From positions 1 through 46,619 of the forward strand of contig JAADIE010000081.1 of assembly GCA_013151495.1 (NCBI GenBank): a DNA stretch of 46,619 bases, written 5' to 3'. Below, in pieces: positions 10,430 through 20,299 of the stretch. Source of the DNA: Nitrospirota bacterium. GTDB taxonomy: Bacteria; Nitrospirota; Thermodesulfovibrionia; Thermodesulfovibrionales; JdFR-85. Made by a program: the position numbers and the translations under genes. Below the pieces are notes generated by a model that had not been told where the DNA came from, made no database searches, and worked only from the letters and a program-made list of their open reading frames with translations. Every line of letters begins with the position of its first letter. Position 1 is the first letter of the stretch.

Positions 10430-10948
10430 TCAGTTCTCCTTTCTGTCTGAGAGTAGTTTCTTCAGTATTTCGAATCGTGGATCTATGCTGGTTTGGTTGC
10501 AAGAGCAGTTTTGAAGGTTCAGATCCTCACCGCATACAGGACAAAGCCCTTTGCAGTCATCGCTACAAAGAGGCTTCATCGGGAGGTTAAGGATAAGCTG
10601 CTCCCTGATAACATCCTCTATGTCGATTTCATCATTTCTGTAAAAGGCAATGTCCGACTCATCAGGACTAAGCTCATGAGCCTCCTCATCACCCATTTCC
10701 TCTATTGGTAGATAAATAAGCTCAACATCAACGGAGAGGTCCTTTTCGAATTCGATCAGACACCGACTACACTGAAGGGTTACCCTGCCTGTGATGTTGC
10801 CTTTGATGCTAAGCTCCTCTTCAACACGGTTCAGTACCAGTGATGCCCGCACATCTCCTACCGGCCTCAGCAGGCTGTTTCCTTCAAGGGGCTCTGAGAA
10901 CTCAATCTCGAGGCCCTCATCCTCGATCTCAGTTATTATTATTTTCAT
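10430..10948 (-). CDS. yceD: YceD/DUF177 family protein
   Basis: CSRCL and PMKPLCSDDCKGLCPVCG..DPRF; upstream of rpmF. Start set at ATG 10948 because of the GAGGA SD. Confidence 0.9.
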   Translation of the reverse strand: MKIIITEIEDEGLEIEFSEPLEGNSLLRPVGDVRASLVLNRVEEELSIKGNITGRVTLQCSRCLIEFEKDLSVDVELIYLPIEEMGDEEAHELSPDESDIAFYRNDEIDIEDVIREQLILNLPMKPLCSDDCKGLCPVCGEDLNLQNCSCNQTSIDPRFEILKKLLSDRKEN

Positions 10949-11104
10949 TCTTTCCTCTGTTATCATAGTGTACAGGACATATTATTTTATCATTATTGGT
11001 AAATATGAAGATACCCTCTGATTTGAGATTTTAAGGGAATTAAAATTATAATGTTTAATAAAAAAGGTTGTCAATAGGTTCTGAAAAAGTTAAGGGGGTT
11101 TATT

Positions 11105-11383
11105 ATGGCAAAAATCAGAGTGCATCTTTATATTGAGGGGAAGGTACAGGGGGTGTGGTACAGGGCCTTTACCAGGGATGTGGCCACAAAATATGGAATA
11201 AGGGGATGGGTTAGAAACCTCCCCGATGGCAGGGTAGAGGCTGTATTTGAGGGTGATGAAAGTGATATTGAAAAGGCTATTGCCGAGTGTTATAAGGGGC
11301 CACCTGCAGCGGTAGTAACAAACATAGATATCAAAAAGGAACCTTTTAAAGGAGAATTTAATGGTTTTGAGATCAGATACTGA
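11105..11383 (+). CDS. acyP: acylphosphatase
   Basis: GKVQGVWYR, GWVRNLPDGRVE, GPPAAVV. Confidence 0.93.
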   Translation: MAKIRVHLYIEGKVQGVWYRAFTRDVATKYGIRGWVRNLPDGRVEAVFEGDESDIEKAIAECYKGPPAAVVTNIDIKKEPFKGEFNGFEIRY

Positions 11384-12335
11384 AAATAAAGATATCTTTG
11401 ACGCACTGATAACAGGCGAGCCTGTTCCGGATGATACAGTAGTAGAATTCATAAGTACCTCTCCTATTCATCAGGTTTTTGCATTAGCATCAGAGTTGAG
11501 GGCAAGATATCGTGGAAACAAGGTGGACCTGTGTTCGATCATTAATGCAAAATCTGGCAAATGCCCTGAGGACTGTAAATACTGCGCCCAGTCAATACAC
11601 TACCAGACCGGGGCTGAAAGCTATGGTCTACTTGACAGGGAGAGGATCCTCGAGCAGGCCAGAGAGGCTAAAAAATGGGGCGCAAAGAGGTTTTGTATAG
11701 TAACAAGTGGCAAGCGGCCAAGTCCTAAGGAGCTTGAAAGAATAGCAGACTGTATTGCCAGTATAAAGGAAATTGGTCTTCTACCATGTGCTACCCTCGG
11801 TATACTATCAAGGGAAGATCTACAACTGCTAAAAGAGGCTGGCCTGAACAGATACCATCACAATCTTGAGACCTCAAGGAGCTTCTTTCCTGAGGTATGT
11901 TCAACCCATAGCTATGATGAAAAACTGAAGACCATAGAGGCTGTTAAGGAACTTGGTCTTTCGCTTTGCTGTGGAGGAATTTTTGGTCTTGGCGAAGACT
12001 GGCAACATAGAATGGAGATGGCAAGAGAGCTTAAAAGGATTGGGCCAGACTCAGTGCCAATAAACTTTCTGATCCCTATAAAGGGTACCCCCCTTGGTAG
12101 AAGACCCAAGCTTAATCCGGTGGAGGCCTTGAGGGTGGTGGCCCTTTTCAGGATAGTTTTGCCTGACGCTGAGGTGAGGGTGTGTGGCGGACGTTTGCAG
12201 GTGCTTGGTGAGTTTAATTCCATGATCTTCATGGCTGGGGCAGATGGCCTGCTGGTGGGAAACTATCTGACACAACCAGGCAGAGTGGTTGAGGACGACC
12301 TACGAATAATCAGGGCCCAGGGGCTTAGTTATTGA
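11361..12335 (+). CDS. bioB: biotin synthase
   Basis: NAKSGKCPEDCKYCAQS, YHHNLET, SVPINFL, GNYLT. Confidence 0.95.
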   Translation: MVLRSDTENKDIFDALITGEPVPDDTVVEFISTSPIHQVFALASELRARYRGNKVDLCSIINAKSGKCPEDCKYCAQSIHYQTGAESYGLLDRERILEQAREAKKWGAKRFCIVTSGKRPSPKELERIADCIASIKEIGLLPCATLGILSREDLQLLKEAGLNRYHHNLETSRSFFPEVCSTHSYDEKLKTIEAVKELGLSLCCGGIFGLGEDWQHRMEMARELKRIGPDSVPINFLIPIKGTPLGRRPKLNPVEALRVVALFRIVLPDAEVRVCGGRLQVLGEFNSMIFMAGADGLLVGNYLTQPGRVVEDDLRIIRAQGLSY

Positions 12336-12345
12336 GGCCTGAACC

Positions 12346-13332
12346 GTGAAGCCCACCTTTCACTGCCGAGTGGTAAATGGTCTTTTTGATGATCCTGTTT
12401 TGTATGTGAGAATAATCCGAGAGGGTAAGGCCCTGCTCTTTGATGCAGGTGACATCTGGGCACTAAATGCCAGAGAGATTCACAAAATAGCCCATGTATT
12501 TATTTCTCACACCCATATAGACCACTTTATCGGATTTGACAGGCTGCTAAGGATACTATTACGCAGAATCTGGCCGCTATATATCTATGGACCAGAAGGA
12601 ATTATAGAATCTATTAAAGGAAGACTCTCTGGTTATACATGGAACCTTATACAGGAATACCCACTTGAGTTTTATGTCCAAGAAGTAAGGCCTGAGAGCA
12701 TAGTCACAGTAAGGTTTTCCGCTTCTGAAGGCTTTGAGCCAGTACAGCTTTATAACCGAGAAAACAGTGGCATCGTTTATGAAAACGAGCTCTTTCATGT
12801 AAAGGCCGAGATCTTAGACCATGGTATCCCTGTACTTGGCTTTTGCCTTCAGGAAAAGGAGCATCTTAATGTTGATCCGGTAAGGTTAAAGGAACTATCC
12901 CTGCCAGTGGGCCCATGGCTTGGCAGACTCAAGGAGGCAATAAGAACTGGTAATCTCACAGAGGATATTCCTGTTACTGAGCAGGGCAAAGTGGTCAGGG
13001 CCGAGGATATGCTCAAACAGGGAGTTGTTAAAAAGACCCGGGGGCAGAGGATTGCCTATGTGGTGGATGTGGCTCCAACAGAGGATAACATCGACAAGAT
13101 CAAGGCCCTTGTGTCAGAGGCTGATCTGCTTTACATTGAGGCTTATTTCCTCGAAGAGGACAGAGACAGAGCTGTGGAGCGTCGTCATCTTACAGCATCC
13201 CTTGCTGGAAGGATTGCGGCAGAGGCTAAAGTGAAAAGAGTGATTCCTCTTCATGTGTCGCCAAAATACAAGGGACGAGAAGTTGAGGTGATTCAAGAGG
13301 TACAACAATTTTACAATATGCTCAAACATTAA
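12346..13332 (+). CDS. RNase Z-like metallo-beta-lactamase fold protein
   Basis: SHTHIDHF (HxHxDH), exosite-like GPWLG, late H motifs; GTG start. Confidence 0.8.
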   Translation: MKPTFHCRVVNGLFDDPVLYVRIIREGKALLFDAGDIWALNAREIHKIAHVFISHTHIDHFIGFDRLLRILLRRIWPLYIYGPEGIIESIKGRLSGYTWNLIQEYPLEFYVQEVRPESIVTVRFSASEGFEPVQLYNRENSGIVYENELFHVKAEILDHGIPVLGFCLQEKEHLNVDPVRLKELSLPVGPWLGRLKEAIRTGNLTEDIPVTEQGKVVRAEDMLKQGVVKKTRGQRIAYVVDVAPTEDNIDKIKALVSEADLLYIEAYFLEEDRDRAVERRHLTASLAGRIAAEAKVKRVIPLHVSPKYKGREVEVIQEVQQFYNMLKH

Positions 13333-14398
13333 ATCGGAAGTTTATTATATCTCCGTCCTTTATCTCATAGGTCTTTCCCTCAAGCCTTACAAGACCACGC
13401 TGACGAGCCTCGGCCATGCTACCAGCATCTATAAAATCCCTGTAATTTACCACCTCTGCACGAATGAATCCACGCTCCATATCAGAATGTATTTTACCAG
13501 CTGCCTGGGGTGCAAGGGTTCCCTGTTTAATAGTCCATGCCCTTACCTCATCCTCACCAACTGTAAAAAAGGATATAAGGCCTAGATGACCATAACAGAC
13601 CCTGATTAGCCTGTGCATGGCAGGCTCTTTTATACCAAGCTCCTCAAGAAAGGCGGTCTGTTCGTCGGGTTCAAGCTGGGCAAGCTCCATCTCGATCTTT
13701 CCAGAAAGGGCAATTACAGGGTCCTTATACCTCTTTCTGAACTCCTCGGTAAGTCTCTTTTCATCCTCTGTATTAAAGGTTTTTTCATCCAGATTTATCA
13801 CTATAACCTCTGGCTTTATGGTTATAAACTGAAGATGTCGAAGGGCCTTAAGCTCATCCTCTGTAAACTGCACATCCCTTAGCGGTTTTTCAGCCTCCAG
13901 GGCCTCTTTACATTTTGACAATACCTCCTCTTCCTTAGGGTCGGGCTTTTTGCCCTTTTTCTTTGCCTCGCTAATTCGCTCAAGACGTTTATCCACAAGC
14001 TCAAGGTCAGAAAATATAAGTTCCAGCTTTATAGTCTCTGCATCCTGTATGGGGTTTACCTCTCCCAATGGGTGTACTACCGAATCATCCTGAAAGGCCC
14101 TTACCACATGGACAACAGCATCAACATCCTTCAGAAGATCAAGGACCTTTCGGTTCTGCTGGAGGTCTCCCTTTGTAATTCCAAGATAGTCCACATACTC
14201 CACAGTGGCATAGGTTGTCTTCTTTGGTTTGTATATCTCGGAGAGTCTGTCAACCCTTTCATCCGGAACCTTTACCACTGCTATGTGAGGTTCTGCTTCA
14301 GTTGTAGAATAAACAGTGGTTGGGATATCCATTCCAGTCAGGGCATTGAAGATGGTGGTCTTGCCAACATTAGATGCACCAAGTATACCTATTTTCAT
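13322..14398 (-). CDS. ychF: YchF-family ATPase/GTPase (OBG family, TGS/DUF933)
   Basis: GASNVGKTT, VPDERV, FFTVGEDEVRAW, AGKIHSD..GFIRAEV, C-terminal FRFNV. Confidence 0.92.
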   Translation of the reverse strand: MKIGILGASNVGKTTIFNALTGMDIPTTVYSTTEAEPHIAVVKVPDERVDRLSEIYKPKKTTYATVEYVDYLGITKGDLQQNRKVLDLLKDVDAVVHVVRAFQDDSVVHPLGEVNPIQDAETIKLELIFSDLELVDKRLERISEAKKKGKKPDPKEEEVLSKCKEALEAEKPLRDVQFTEDELKALRHLQFITIKPEVIVINLDEKTFNTEDEKRLTEEFRKRYKDPVIALSGKIEMELAQLEPDEQTAFLEELGIKEPAMHRLIRVCYGHLGLISFFTVGEDEVRAWTIKQGTLAPQAAGKIHSDMERGFIRAEVVNYRDFIDAGSMAEARQRGLVRLEGKTYEIKDGDIINFRFNV

Positions 14399-14410
14399 CT
14401 ATCGACTCCT

Positions 14411-15109
14411 TTATCCAAGCTTTATTTCTGCCTCCGATGGCCTGATGTATCTGGGCGTAAGGGACACAGGGTCTGAAAACTCTCCCCTTTCAGCCAGCGG
14501 TATAGCTAAAACTGCAACAGTGCTTGCCAGAGGACTCATAAGTGAATCAGGGGCAAACACTGCCCTGTCTCCCAGGGCCTCGACTATCTGCTCACGATAT
14601 TTAATGGCTCCACTACCTGCAAATGCCGTCCTGTCCTCAATACTGGACAGAACTTTACTTATTGGGCATACCATATCCGGAGTAAGCCGTTTGATCGCTT
14701 TGGAGTTGCTGCTGAACACAGCAGCATAGACCTCCTTTTTCCTTGCATCAAATAAAGGACAGATGAGGCCACTGAATTGTACAAACTGGTAGGCAAATGC
14801 CTCAAGAGATGACAGGGCAACAAGTGGTTTCCCTGTGCTGTAGCAGAGCCCCTTTGCCGTACTCAACCCGACCCTTAGGCCTGTAAAAGAGCCAGGACCA
14901 ATACCAAGGGAAATGAAGTCTATATCTTCAAGGGAAAGCCCGGAGTTCTTAAAGAGATAAGATATGGATGGTAAAAGAGTAGCGGAATGTCTCTTTATCT
15001 TCCCAAGGCGCACCTCAGCAAGTATGCCCATTGAAGAATCATACAGGCATACACTACCGATTTCTGTGGATGTCTCAATTGCAAGTGTAATCATGCTTGG
15101 AAGATTCAA
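14411..15109 (-). CDS. tsaB: tRNA threonylcarbamoyladenosine biosynthesis protein TsaB
   Basis: LAIETS, GPGSFTGLRVG, DARKKEVY, PRYIRPSEAE. Alternative start at ATG 15094. Confidence 0.95.
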   Translation of the reverse strand: MNLPSMITLAIETSTEIGSVCLYDSSMGILAEVRLGKIKRHSATLLPSISYLFKNSGLSLEDIDFISLGIGPGSFTGLRVGLSTAKGLCYSTGKPLVALSSLEAFAYQFVQFSGLICPLFDARKKEVYAAVFSSNSKAIKRLTPDMVCPISKVLSSIEDRTAFAGSGAIKYREQIVEALGDRAVFAPDSLMSPLASTVAVLAIPLAERGEFSDPVSLTPRYIRPSEAEIKLG

Positions 15110-15843
15110 TGCGTCTTTAGAAGACGATTAAAACGGGCCCTCATCAGGCCAAGGTATTTATTCAGGACATGGTCCCGTGATAAAAAGGGTATCACAGGTG
15201 TACACCTGATACCAAGCAGCGTTAGCTCATTTATTATTGCCTCATTACCTGAATCATATCCGAGTCCTGTACGAAAAGAGTTTATTGCTGACCTTTTGTC
15301 ACCCTGCAAGAGCTGAACCTTTCCAAGATGCAGGTAAAGGGTTGGTAAAATCATTTCTGAGGTGGCTGTCCGTGTAGCTCTTTTAATGGCCTTTCTGCAA
15401 TATCTCAATGCCTCTTCAGTAAGGCCTTTTTGAGCAAGCAGATATCCATAGTAAGAGTTTAACAGGGGGTCATCAGGCAGCTCGTTCAGAGCCTGACGGG
15501 CAAGGTCAACAGCTTCATCATAGTTTTTCTTTGAGATCAAACGGTTTAACTCACGGACAATACTCTCCCGGGCCTCCAGAAAAAAGCGATTCTTTTTTAT
15601 CCTTTCAACAACGCTCTGATGCTGCCTGCTCATTAGCTCTTCTATATCATCAACATCGTCAGAGACCTTCTGGGTTATTGTTTTTAGATGTTTTCCACCT
15701 TTATAGATGGAGGTTTTGATAATAATGCCTTCCAGGTGTTGTTTGTCTGTAATAATGTAATAATTGCTACCCTCGTGGGATAGTTTGGTGCTGAACTCAC
15801 GATCTCGTTTTGATGTGATTCTTATTATTCCTCGTTTTTCCAT
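15106..15843 (-). CDS. TPR protein with N-terminal RomY-like domain
   Basis: TPR helices (SYYGYLLA, LYLHLGKVQL) and C-terminal GIR..PVIPFLSR..LNKYLG tail. The N-terminal domain assignment is from recalled similarity only. Confidence 0.75.
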   Translation of the reverse strand: MEKRGIIRITSKRDREFSTKLSHEGSNYYIITDKQHLEGIIIKTSIYKGGKHLKTITQKVSDDVDDIEELMSRQHQSVVERIKKNRFFLEARESIVRELNRLISKKNYDEAVDLARQALNELPDDPLLNSYYGYLLAQKGLTEEALRYCRKAIKRATRTATSEMILPTLYLHLGKVQLLQGDKRSAINSFRTGLGYDSGNEAIINELTLLGIRCTPVIPFLSRDHVLNKYLGLMRARFNRLLKTH

Positions 15844-15852
15844 ATTTATTAA

Positions 15853-17280
15853 TTATAACTTATTGCCAGAAAAGTTGTTTCCATTGTCCTGCTGGAACTT
15901 TACAGGCAGGATAAATCTGACCTTTGTACCCATGCCTTTTTGGCTTGAAAATTCAATTCTACCCCCGTGCTCTTTAATGACCTTTTTTGTCATGGCAAGT
16001 CCCAATCCCAGCCCCTGTTTTTTTGTTGTAAAAAAGGGCTCAAACACATGATCAAGCTGTTTTTCATCCAGTCCCTCACCGGTATCCGTAACCTCAAGTA
16101 TAGCGCTGTGGTTGTGTTTAAACAACTTTATTGTTAAATCTCCACCCCGGGGCATTGCCTGAATGGAGTTTAGTATGACATTAAATAGACATGTCTTGAG
16201 TAGTTCCGGATCTACCTCAGCATTTAAAGGTGAGTCCGGGTACTCTCTTTTTATGGTTATACCTGAGCGTTCGGCCCTGGCCCTGATCAGAGAAAGGGTA
16301 TCTTCTACAAGGGTGATGAGGTCTGTCTTTTCAGGTTTCAGTCTAAGTGGCTTACCATACTGCAAAAAACTTTCAACCAGACTGTCCAGTCTTTTTATCT
16401 CATTTTTTATATTTAATAGCAACTCCCTGGTTTCTTCCCTGCACTGACCCATCAGGTGGTCTATGCTGAGGCTAATAAAATTGAGAGGATTTCTTATTTC
16501 ATGGGCCACTGAGCGGGAAAGCTCTCCTATGGTCGACAGATGCTCTGCCTCTCTTAGACGCTGTTCAATCCGTCTTAGTTCAGCGAGTCTTGCAGTCATC
16601 TGATTAAAACTTTCTTTAAGTTCACCAATTTCGTCATTTTCTGTAACCTTCAATTTTACATCCAGGTCTCCAGAGGATATAGCACTTGCGGCAGAAACAA
16701 TTTCCTTAATAGGACGGGTATATCTTTTGGCCAACCACACAGTTGCAATAAATCCTATCAGCATTATAGTGGCTGTAACGAGCAGACGAAGCTTCATGTT
16801 TTTCTTCAGTACAGCCATAATGTCCCTGTTGCTAATGGTCAGATGAATGTAACCCTGATGCTCCCCCTTTATTACTATTGGCAGCACTATATGATAAAGC
16901 TGTCCTTCTTTGGTAACAAACTCCCCGAGCTCTGATTTGAATATCAGTTCTGTGATGTATTCGGGGGTGGTTTCTCCGACTTTAAAGGGGTTTGTGCTGG
17001 CCTGTATTCTGGTTTCGCTGTCAATAATGCTTATTTCCTTGATCCCTTCGGTACGCAGATTTTTAAGATAATTAAAGAGCCCCATAATATCCTTTTGTTC
17101 GGTTTTGGAGATCTCCTGAATGGCAAGATGTATTGCCTCGGTGATTTCAGTTGTTTTCTTCTGAAGCTTTTCTAAAAGCAGCCGTTCCGAGTAAAGCCCA
17201 AAAAGGGTCATCATCAGTATCAGAGATGCACTGAGAGAGACTATCATCAGGATTAGCTTTCGGTTAAGGGTCCATTTCAT
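15853..17280 (-). CDS. membrane sensor histidine kinase (TM-periplasmic-TM-HAMP-HisKA-HATPase)
   Basis: Two TM segments, HAMP (DEIGEL..FNQM), HEIRNPL H-box, DTGEG, EPFFTTK, GLGLGL. Start at ATG 17280 with GGAGG SD. Confidence 0.92.
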   Translation of the reverse strand: MKWTLNRKLILMIVSLSASLILMMTLFGLYSERLLLEKLQKKTTEITEAIHLAIQEISKTEQKDIMGLFNYLKNLRTEGIKEISIIDSETRIQASTNPFKVGETTPEYITELIFKSELGEFVTKEGQLYHIVLPIVIKGEHQGYIHLTISNRDIMAVLKKNMKLRLLVTATIMLIGFIATVWLAKRYTRPIKEIVSAASAISSGDLDVKLKVTENDEIGELKESFNQMTARLAELRRIEQRLREAEHLSTIGELSRSVAHEIRNPLNFISLSIDHLMGQCREETRELLLNIKNEIKRLDSLVESFLQYGKPLRLKPEKTDLITLVEDTLSLIRARAERSGITIKREYPDSPLNAEVDPELLKTCLFNVILNSIQAMPRGGDLTIKLFKHNHSAILEVTDTGEGLDEKQLDHVFEPFFTTKKQGLGLGLAMTKKVIKEHGGRIEFSSQKGMGTKVRFILPVKFQQDNGNNFSGNKL

Positions 17281-18337
17281 CAGAAGGCTCCTCCACGATC
17301 GTTCCTCCACCAATAACTATATCGTGCTTATAAAAGACAGCTGCCTGCCCGGGGGCTGGTGCCCACTGAGGTTCATCAAACTCAATAAAACAACTGGCAG
17401 GCCCTGTTTTTACAAGCCTTGCAGGTTCATCCTTCATCATGGAGCGGATTCTGGCTGTAATCCTTTCGACAGGCTCTGCTAGCCAGTGTACATCCTCTAC
17501 ATAGACCCTTTTTTTGAATGCCTCCTGGCGGGGTCCAACATAGATGGCGTTTTCCTCTGGTTTTATCTTTATTACATAGAGTGCCTCGGTAGATGGTACA
17601 TTAATTCCTCTACGCTGGCCTATCGTATAGTTGAATATACCCTTATGGGTTCCTATTTGGTTTCCATTTATATCATAAATGGGGCCTGGTCTTTGTGCCT
17701 CAGGCTCTATGGTCTTTATAAACCCTGAATATCCTTTCTCACCAGTGAAACAGATCTCCACACTTTCAAGTCGGTTTGCTGAGGGAAGAGAAAGTTCACG
17801 GGCAATGTGCCTGACATCATCTTTCAGGTAGTAGCCAAGAGGGAAAAGACAGTGCTCAAGCATCCAAAGGGGCAACACATATAGAAAGTAAGACTGGTCC
17901 TTGGCTGTATCAGTGGCCTTTGCAAGATTCACCCTGTCGTCTATCCTGAGCACCTTAGCATAGTGGCCAGTAGCAATAAACTCGGCCCCTTCTGTCCTGG
18001 CAACATCTTCCAGGATCGGGAATTTGATAAATTTATTACACAGAATACAGGGGTTTGGCGTGATGCCTTTCAGATAACCTTTTACAAAAGGCTCGATAAC
18101 CATTTCCATGAACTCTTTACGGGCATTTATGGTTTTATGGGGGATGTCGATAATTTCTGCAGACTCCCGTGCAGCATTAACAGCCTCAAGAGAACAGCAG
18201 GTTCGAGGATTAATTCGCCCACGGGTTTCAAAAAGTAGAAGACTTACCCCTAAAACATGGTATCCCTGCTTTTTCAGTAGATAAGCAGATACCGACGAGT
18301 CGACCCCACCACTCATTCCAAGGATAACCTTTTTCAT
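17264..18337 (-). CDS. mnmA: tRNA 2-thiouridylase MnmA
   Basis: MSGGVDSS, TPNPCILCN, ATGHYA, KDQSYFL, TIGQRRG, APGQAAV. Start at ATG 18337. Confidence 0.97.
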   Translation of the reverse strand: MKKVILGMSGGVDSSVSAYLLKKQGYHVLGVSLLLFETRGRINPRTCCSLEAVNAARESAEIIDIPHKTINARKEFMEMVIEPFVKGYLKGITPNPCILCNKFIKFPILEDVARTEGAEFIATGHYAKVLRIDDRVNLAKATDTAKDQSYFLYVLPLWMLEHCLFPLGYYLKDDVRHIARELSLPSANRLESVEICFTGEKGYSGFIKTIEPEAQRPGPIYDINGNQIGTHKGIFNYTIGQRRGINVPSTEALYVIKIKPEENAIYVGPRQEAFKKRVYVEDVHWLAEPVERITARIRSMMKDEPARLVKTGPASCFIEFDEPQWAPAPGQAAVFYKHDIVIGGGTIVEEPSDEMDP

Positions 18338-18371
18338 GAAATAAGTATAACAAAAAGCCCTGTTCATTAAA

Positions 18372-18759
18372 CTATCTAAGTAATAGGCACCCAATCTTTT
18401 CTCTGATATAATGTAAGAAACCCGGAGGCTTTACTAATTCAAGCTCCTTTTCAGGTGACAAACTGAATACCCTGCAGGGTATTATGACCTGCATGATTGG
18501 GTTGGCAATGCAATGTTGCCAGCTGTAAATATACCTGAATCTATGAAAGCCACAGAAGGTCCTGGTCCTGAAGCTCACAACCGCCCTGGTTCCTTTATTG
18601 GCCCCATGGCTGCGAGTTTTGAGCCTTTCCTCCTGATGCTCTTCCAAAAGGTGATCTTGAGACAGCAGAAGTATATGGGAAAAGAGTGGCAGAGACAACG
18701 GTAAGATTTTTAAGAGATAAATAAAACAACAAGACCTTCGTTTTGAATATAAAAGCCAT
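18372..18759 (-). pseudogene. possible small hypothetical gene, apparently frameshifted near its 5' end
   Basis: SD-like AAGGAAGGG plus ATG at 18759 is out of frame with the open frame 18767-18372. Removing one base would join them into about 128 aa with a hydrophobic N-terminus. Confidence 0.3.
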
Positions 18760-18841
18760 CCCTTCCTTTATTGTGTTTGTGGGCTAAAATAACCGTAGTA
18801 TCGCATCTTTTTATTGATTGCACAGGTGCCTTTCAAAACTG

Positions 18842-18871
18842 TTTACCACAGGACAACTTATAGGGTACAAT
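18842..18871 (+). promoter_or_regulatory. sigma70-type leaderless promoter of the bEBP gene
   Basis: TTTACC-N18-TACAAT, 6 nt before ATG 18878. Confidence 0.6.
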
Positions 18872-18877
18872 CTCCAT

Positions 18878-20200
18878 ATGGTTAGATATATGATTGTGGA
18901 GGACGATGAATTAATTGCTACCATGTTAAGCGAACTTATTACATCAATAGGTGGCAGGGTGCATTATGCAAAAAATGCAGAAGAGGCACTATCTCTAACC
19001 ACTCTGTATAGAATCGATATAGCCCTGATTGATCTAATGCTACCGGACATTGATGGTATCGAGTTAATCGGAAAACTTCGGTCTTTACAGCAGGATATCT
19101 TTTTTATTGTTATTACCTCAGTATATGAGCCAAGTGTTATAGTGAGGGCTATAAAAGAAGGGGCCTCTGAGTACTTAACAAAACCTTTCGAGGTTCAATA
19201 CCTCAAGAAGATACTGACCAATTACCAGGAACTTGCAATACTGAAGAAAAGAGAAAAGGCCAGGCTGGAGAGCATACCTCCACTTGAGGAGATCCTGGGA
19301 ACAAGCAAGGTAATGAAGGACCTTAAAAGGACAATTGCAGATATTGCCAGATACGATAGTACGGTTTTACTTACAGGACCTACCGGGGTTGGAAAGGGAT
19401 TGATTGCAGGCGTAATTCACAGGCTAAGTAAGAGGGCTGATGGTCCTTTCATTACCTTCGACTGTACTACAGTACCAGAGAACCTTATGGAGGCTGAGCT
19501 TTGTGGTTATAAAAGAGGGGCCTTTACAGGTGCAGACCATGATAAAGTCGGTTTAGTAGAAATGGCTGATGGAGGTACTCTTTTTATTGATGAGATAGGG
19601 GAGTTACCACTGCACCTCCAGACAAAGCTCCTCAGGATAATCGATGAGGGGAGTTTCAGGAGGTTAGGAGATGTAACTGATCGAAGGGTTGATGTAAGGG
19701 TAATATCAGCTACAAATAAAGACCTCAGATCAATGGTGAAAGAGGGAAGATTCAGAAACGACCTTTATTACAGACTGGATGTAATAAGTATAAATGTGCC
19801 ACCTCTTTCAGAAAGAGGAGAGGATGTATGGTTGCTGGCTAATTATTTCTTATGCTATTACATAAACAAAACCGGTAAAAGGATAAAGGGTTTTTCAAAG
19901 GAGGCAGAACGGTTTATATGGCAGTATAGCTGGCCTGGTAATGTGAGAGAGCTTAAAAACCTCATTGAAAGAGCTGTTGTTATGGCCGAGGATGAATGGA
20001 TAAGACCCTCTGACTTTATGATCCCCGAGTATACGATCAGATCAAGAGAGTTCCGGTTCCCTGAGACTCCATTACCCTTAAAGGAGATCGAAAAAAGGTA
20101 TATCAAGTATGTCCTGTCACTGACCGGTAATAATAAAAGTAAAGCAGCAAAGCTTCTGGGCATAACCAGAAATACACTGAGAGAAAAATTAAAAGAATAA
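18878..20200 (+). CDS. sigma54-dependent response regulator (NtrC/AtoC family: REC-AAA+-Fis HTH)
   Basis: REC (EDD, DLMLP, TKPF), Walker A GPTGVGK, GAFTGA, FIDEIGE, WPGNVREL, HTH NKSKAAKLLGITRNTL. Confidence 0.95.
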   Translation: MVRYMIVEDDELIATMLSELITSIGGRVHYAKNAEEALSLTTLYRIDIALIDLMLPDIDGIELIGKLRSLQQDIFFIVITSVYEPSVIVRAIKEGASEYLTKPFEVQYLKKILTNYQELAILKKREKARLESIPPLEEILGTSKVMKDLKRTIADIARYDSTVLLTGPTGVGKGLIAGVIHRLSKRADGPFITFDCTTVPENLMEAELCGYKRGAFTGADHDKVGLVEMADGGTLFIDEIGELPLHLQTKLLRIIDEGSFRRLGDVTDRRVDVRVISATNKDLRSMVKEGRFRNDLYYRLDVISINVPPLSERGEDVWLLANYFLCYYINKTGKRIKGFSKEAERFIWQYSWPGNVRELKNLIERAVVMAEDEWIRPSDFMIPEYTIRSREFRFPETPLPLKEIEKRYIKYVLSLTGNNKSKAAKLLGITRNTLREKLKE

Positions 20201-20201
20201 A

Positions 20202-20237
20202 TGGTCAGATTTTAACCAGCTGGTCAAAAATCGATCA
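20202..20237 (+). promoter_or_regulatory. tandem 17-bp imperfect palindromes, putative bEBP enhancer (UAS)
   Basis: TGGTCAGATTTTAACCA (20202-20218) and TGGTCAAAAATCGATCA (20221-20237), about 60-100 bp upstream of a -24/-12 box. Confidence 0.65.
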
Positions 20238-20299
20238 CCTATATTGTTTTGCCTCTATAAAAAAGGCCACAATCAATACCTTTCATCCAGTGCAATTTC

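Noticed and set aside
18816-18835. Possible sigma54 box AGGCACCTGTGCA on the minus strand
   Set aside because: GG-to-GC spacing is 7 nt rather than the required 10.
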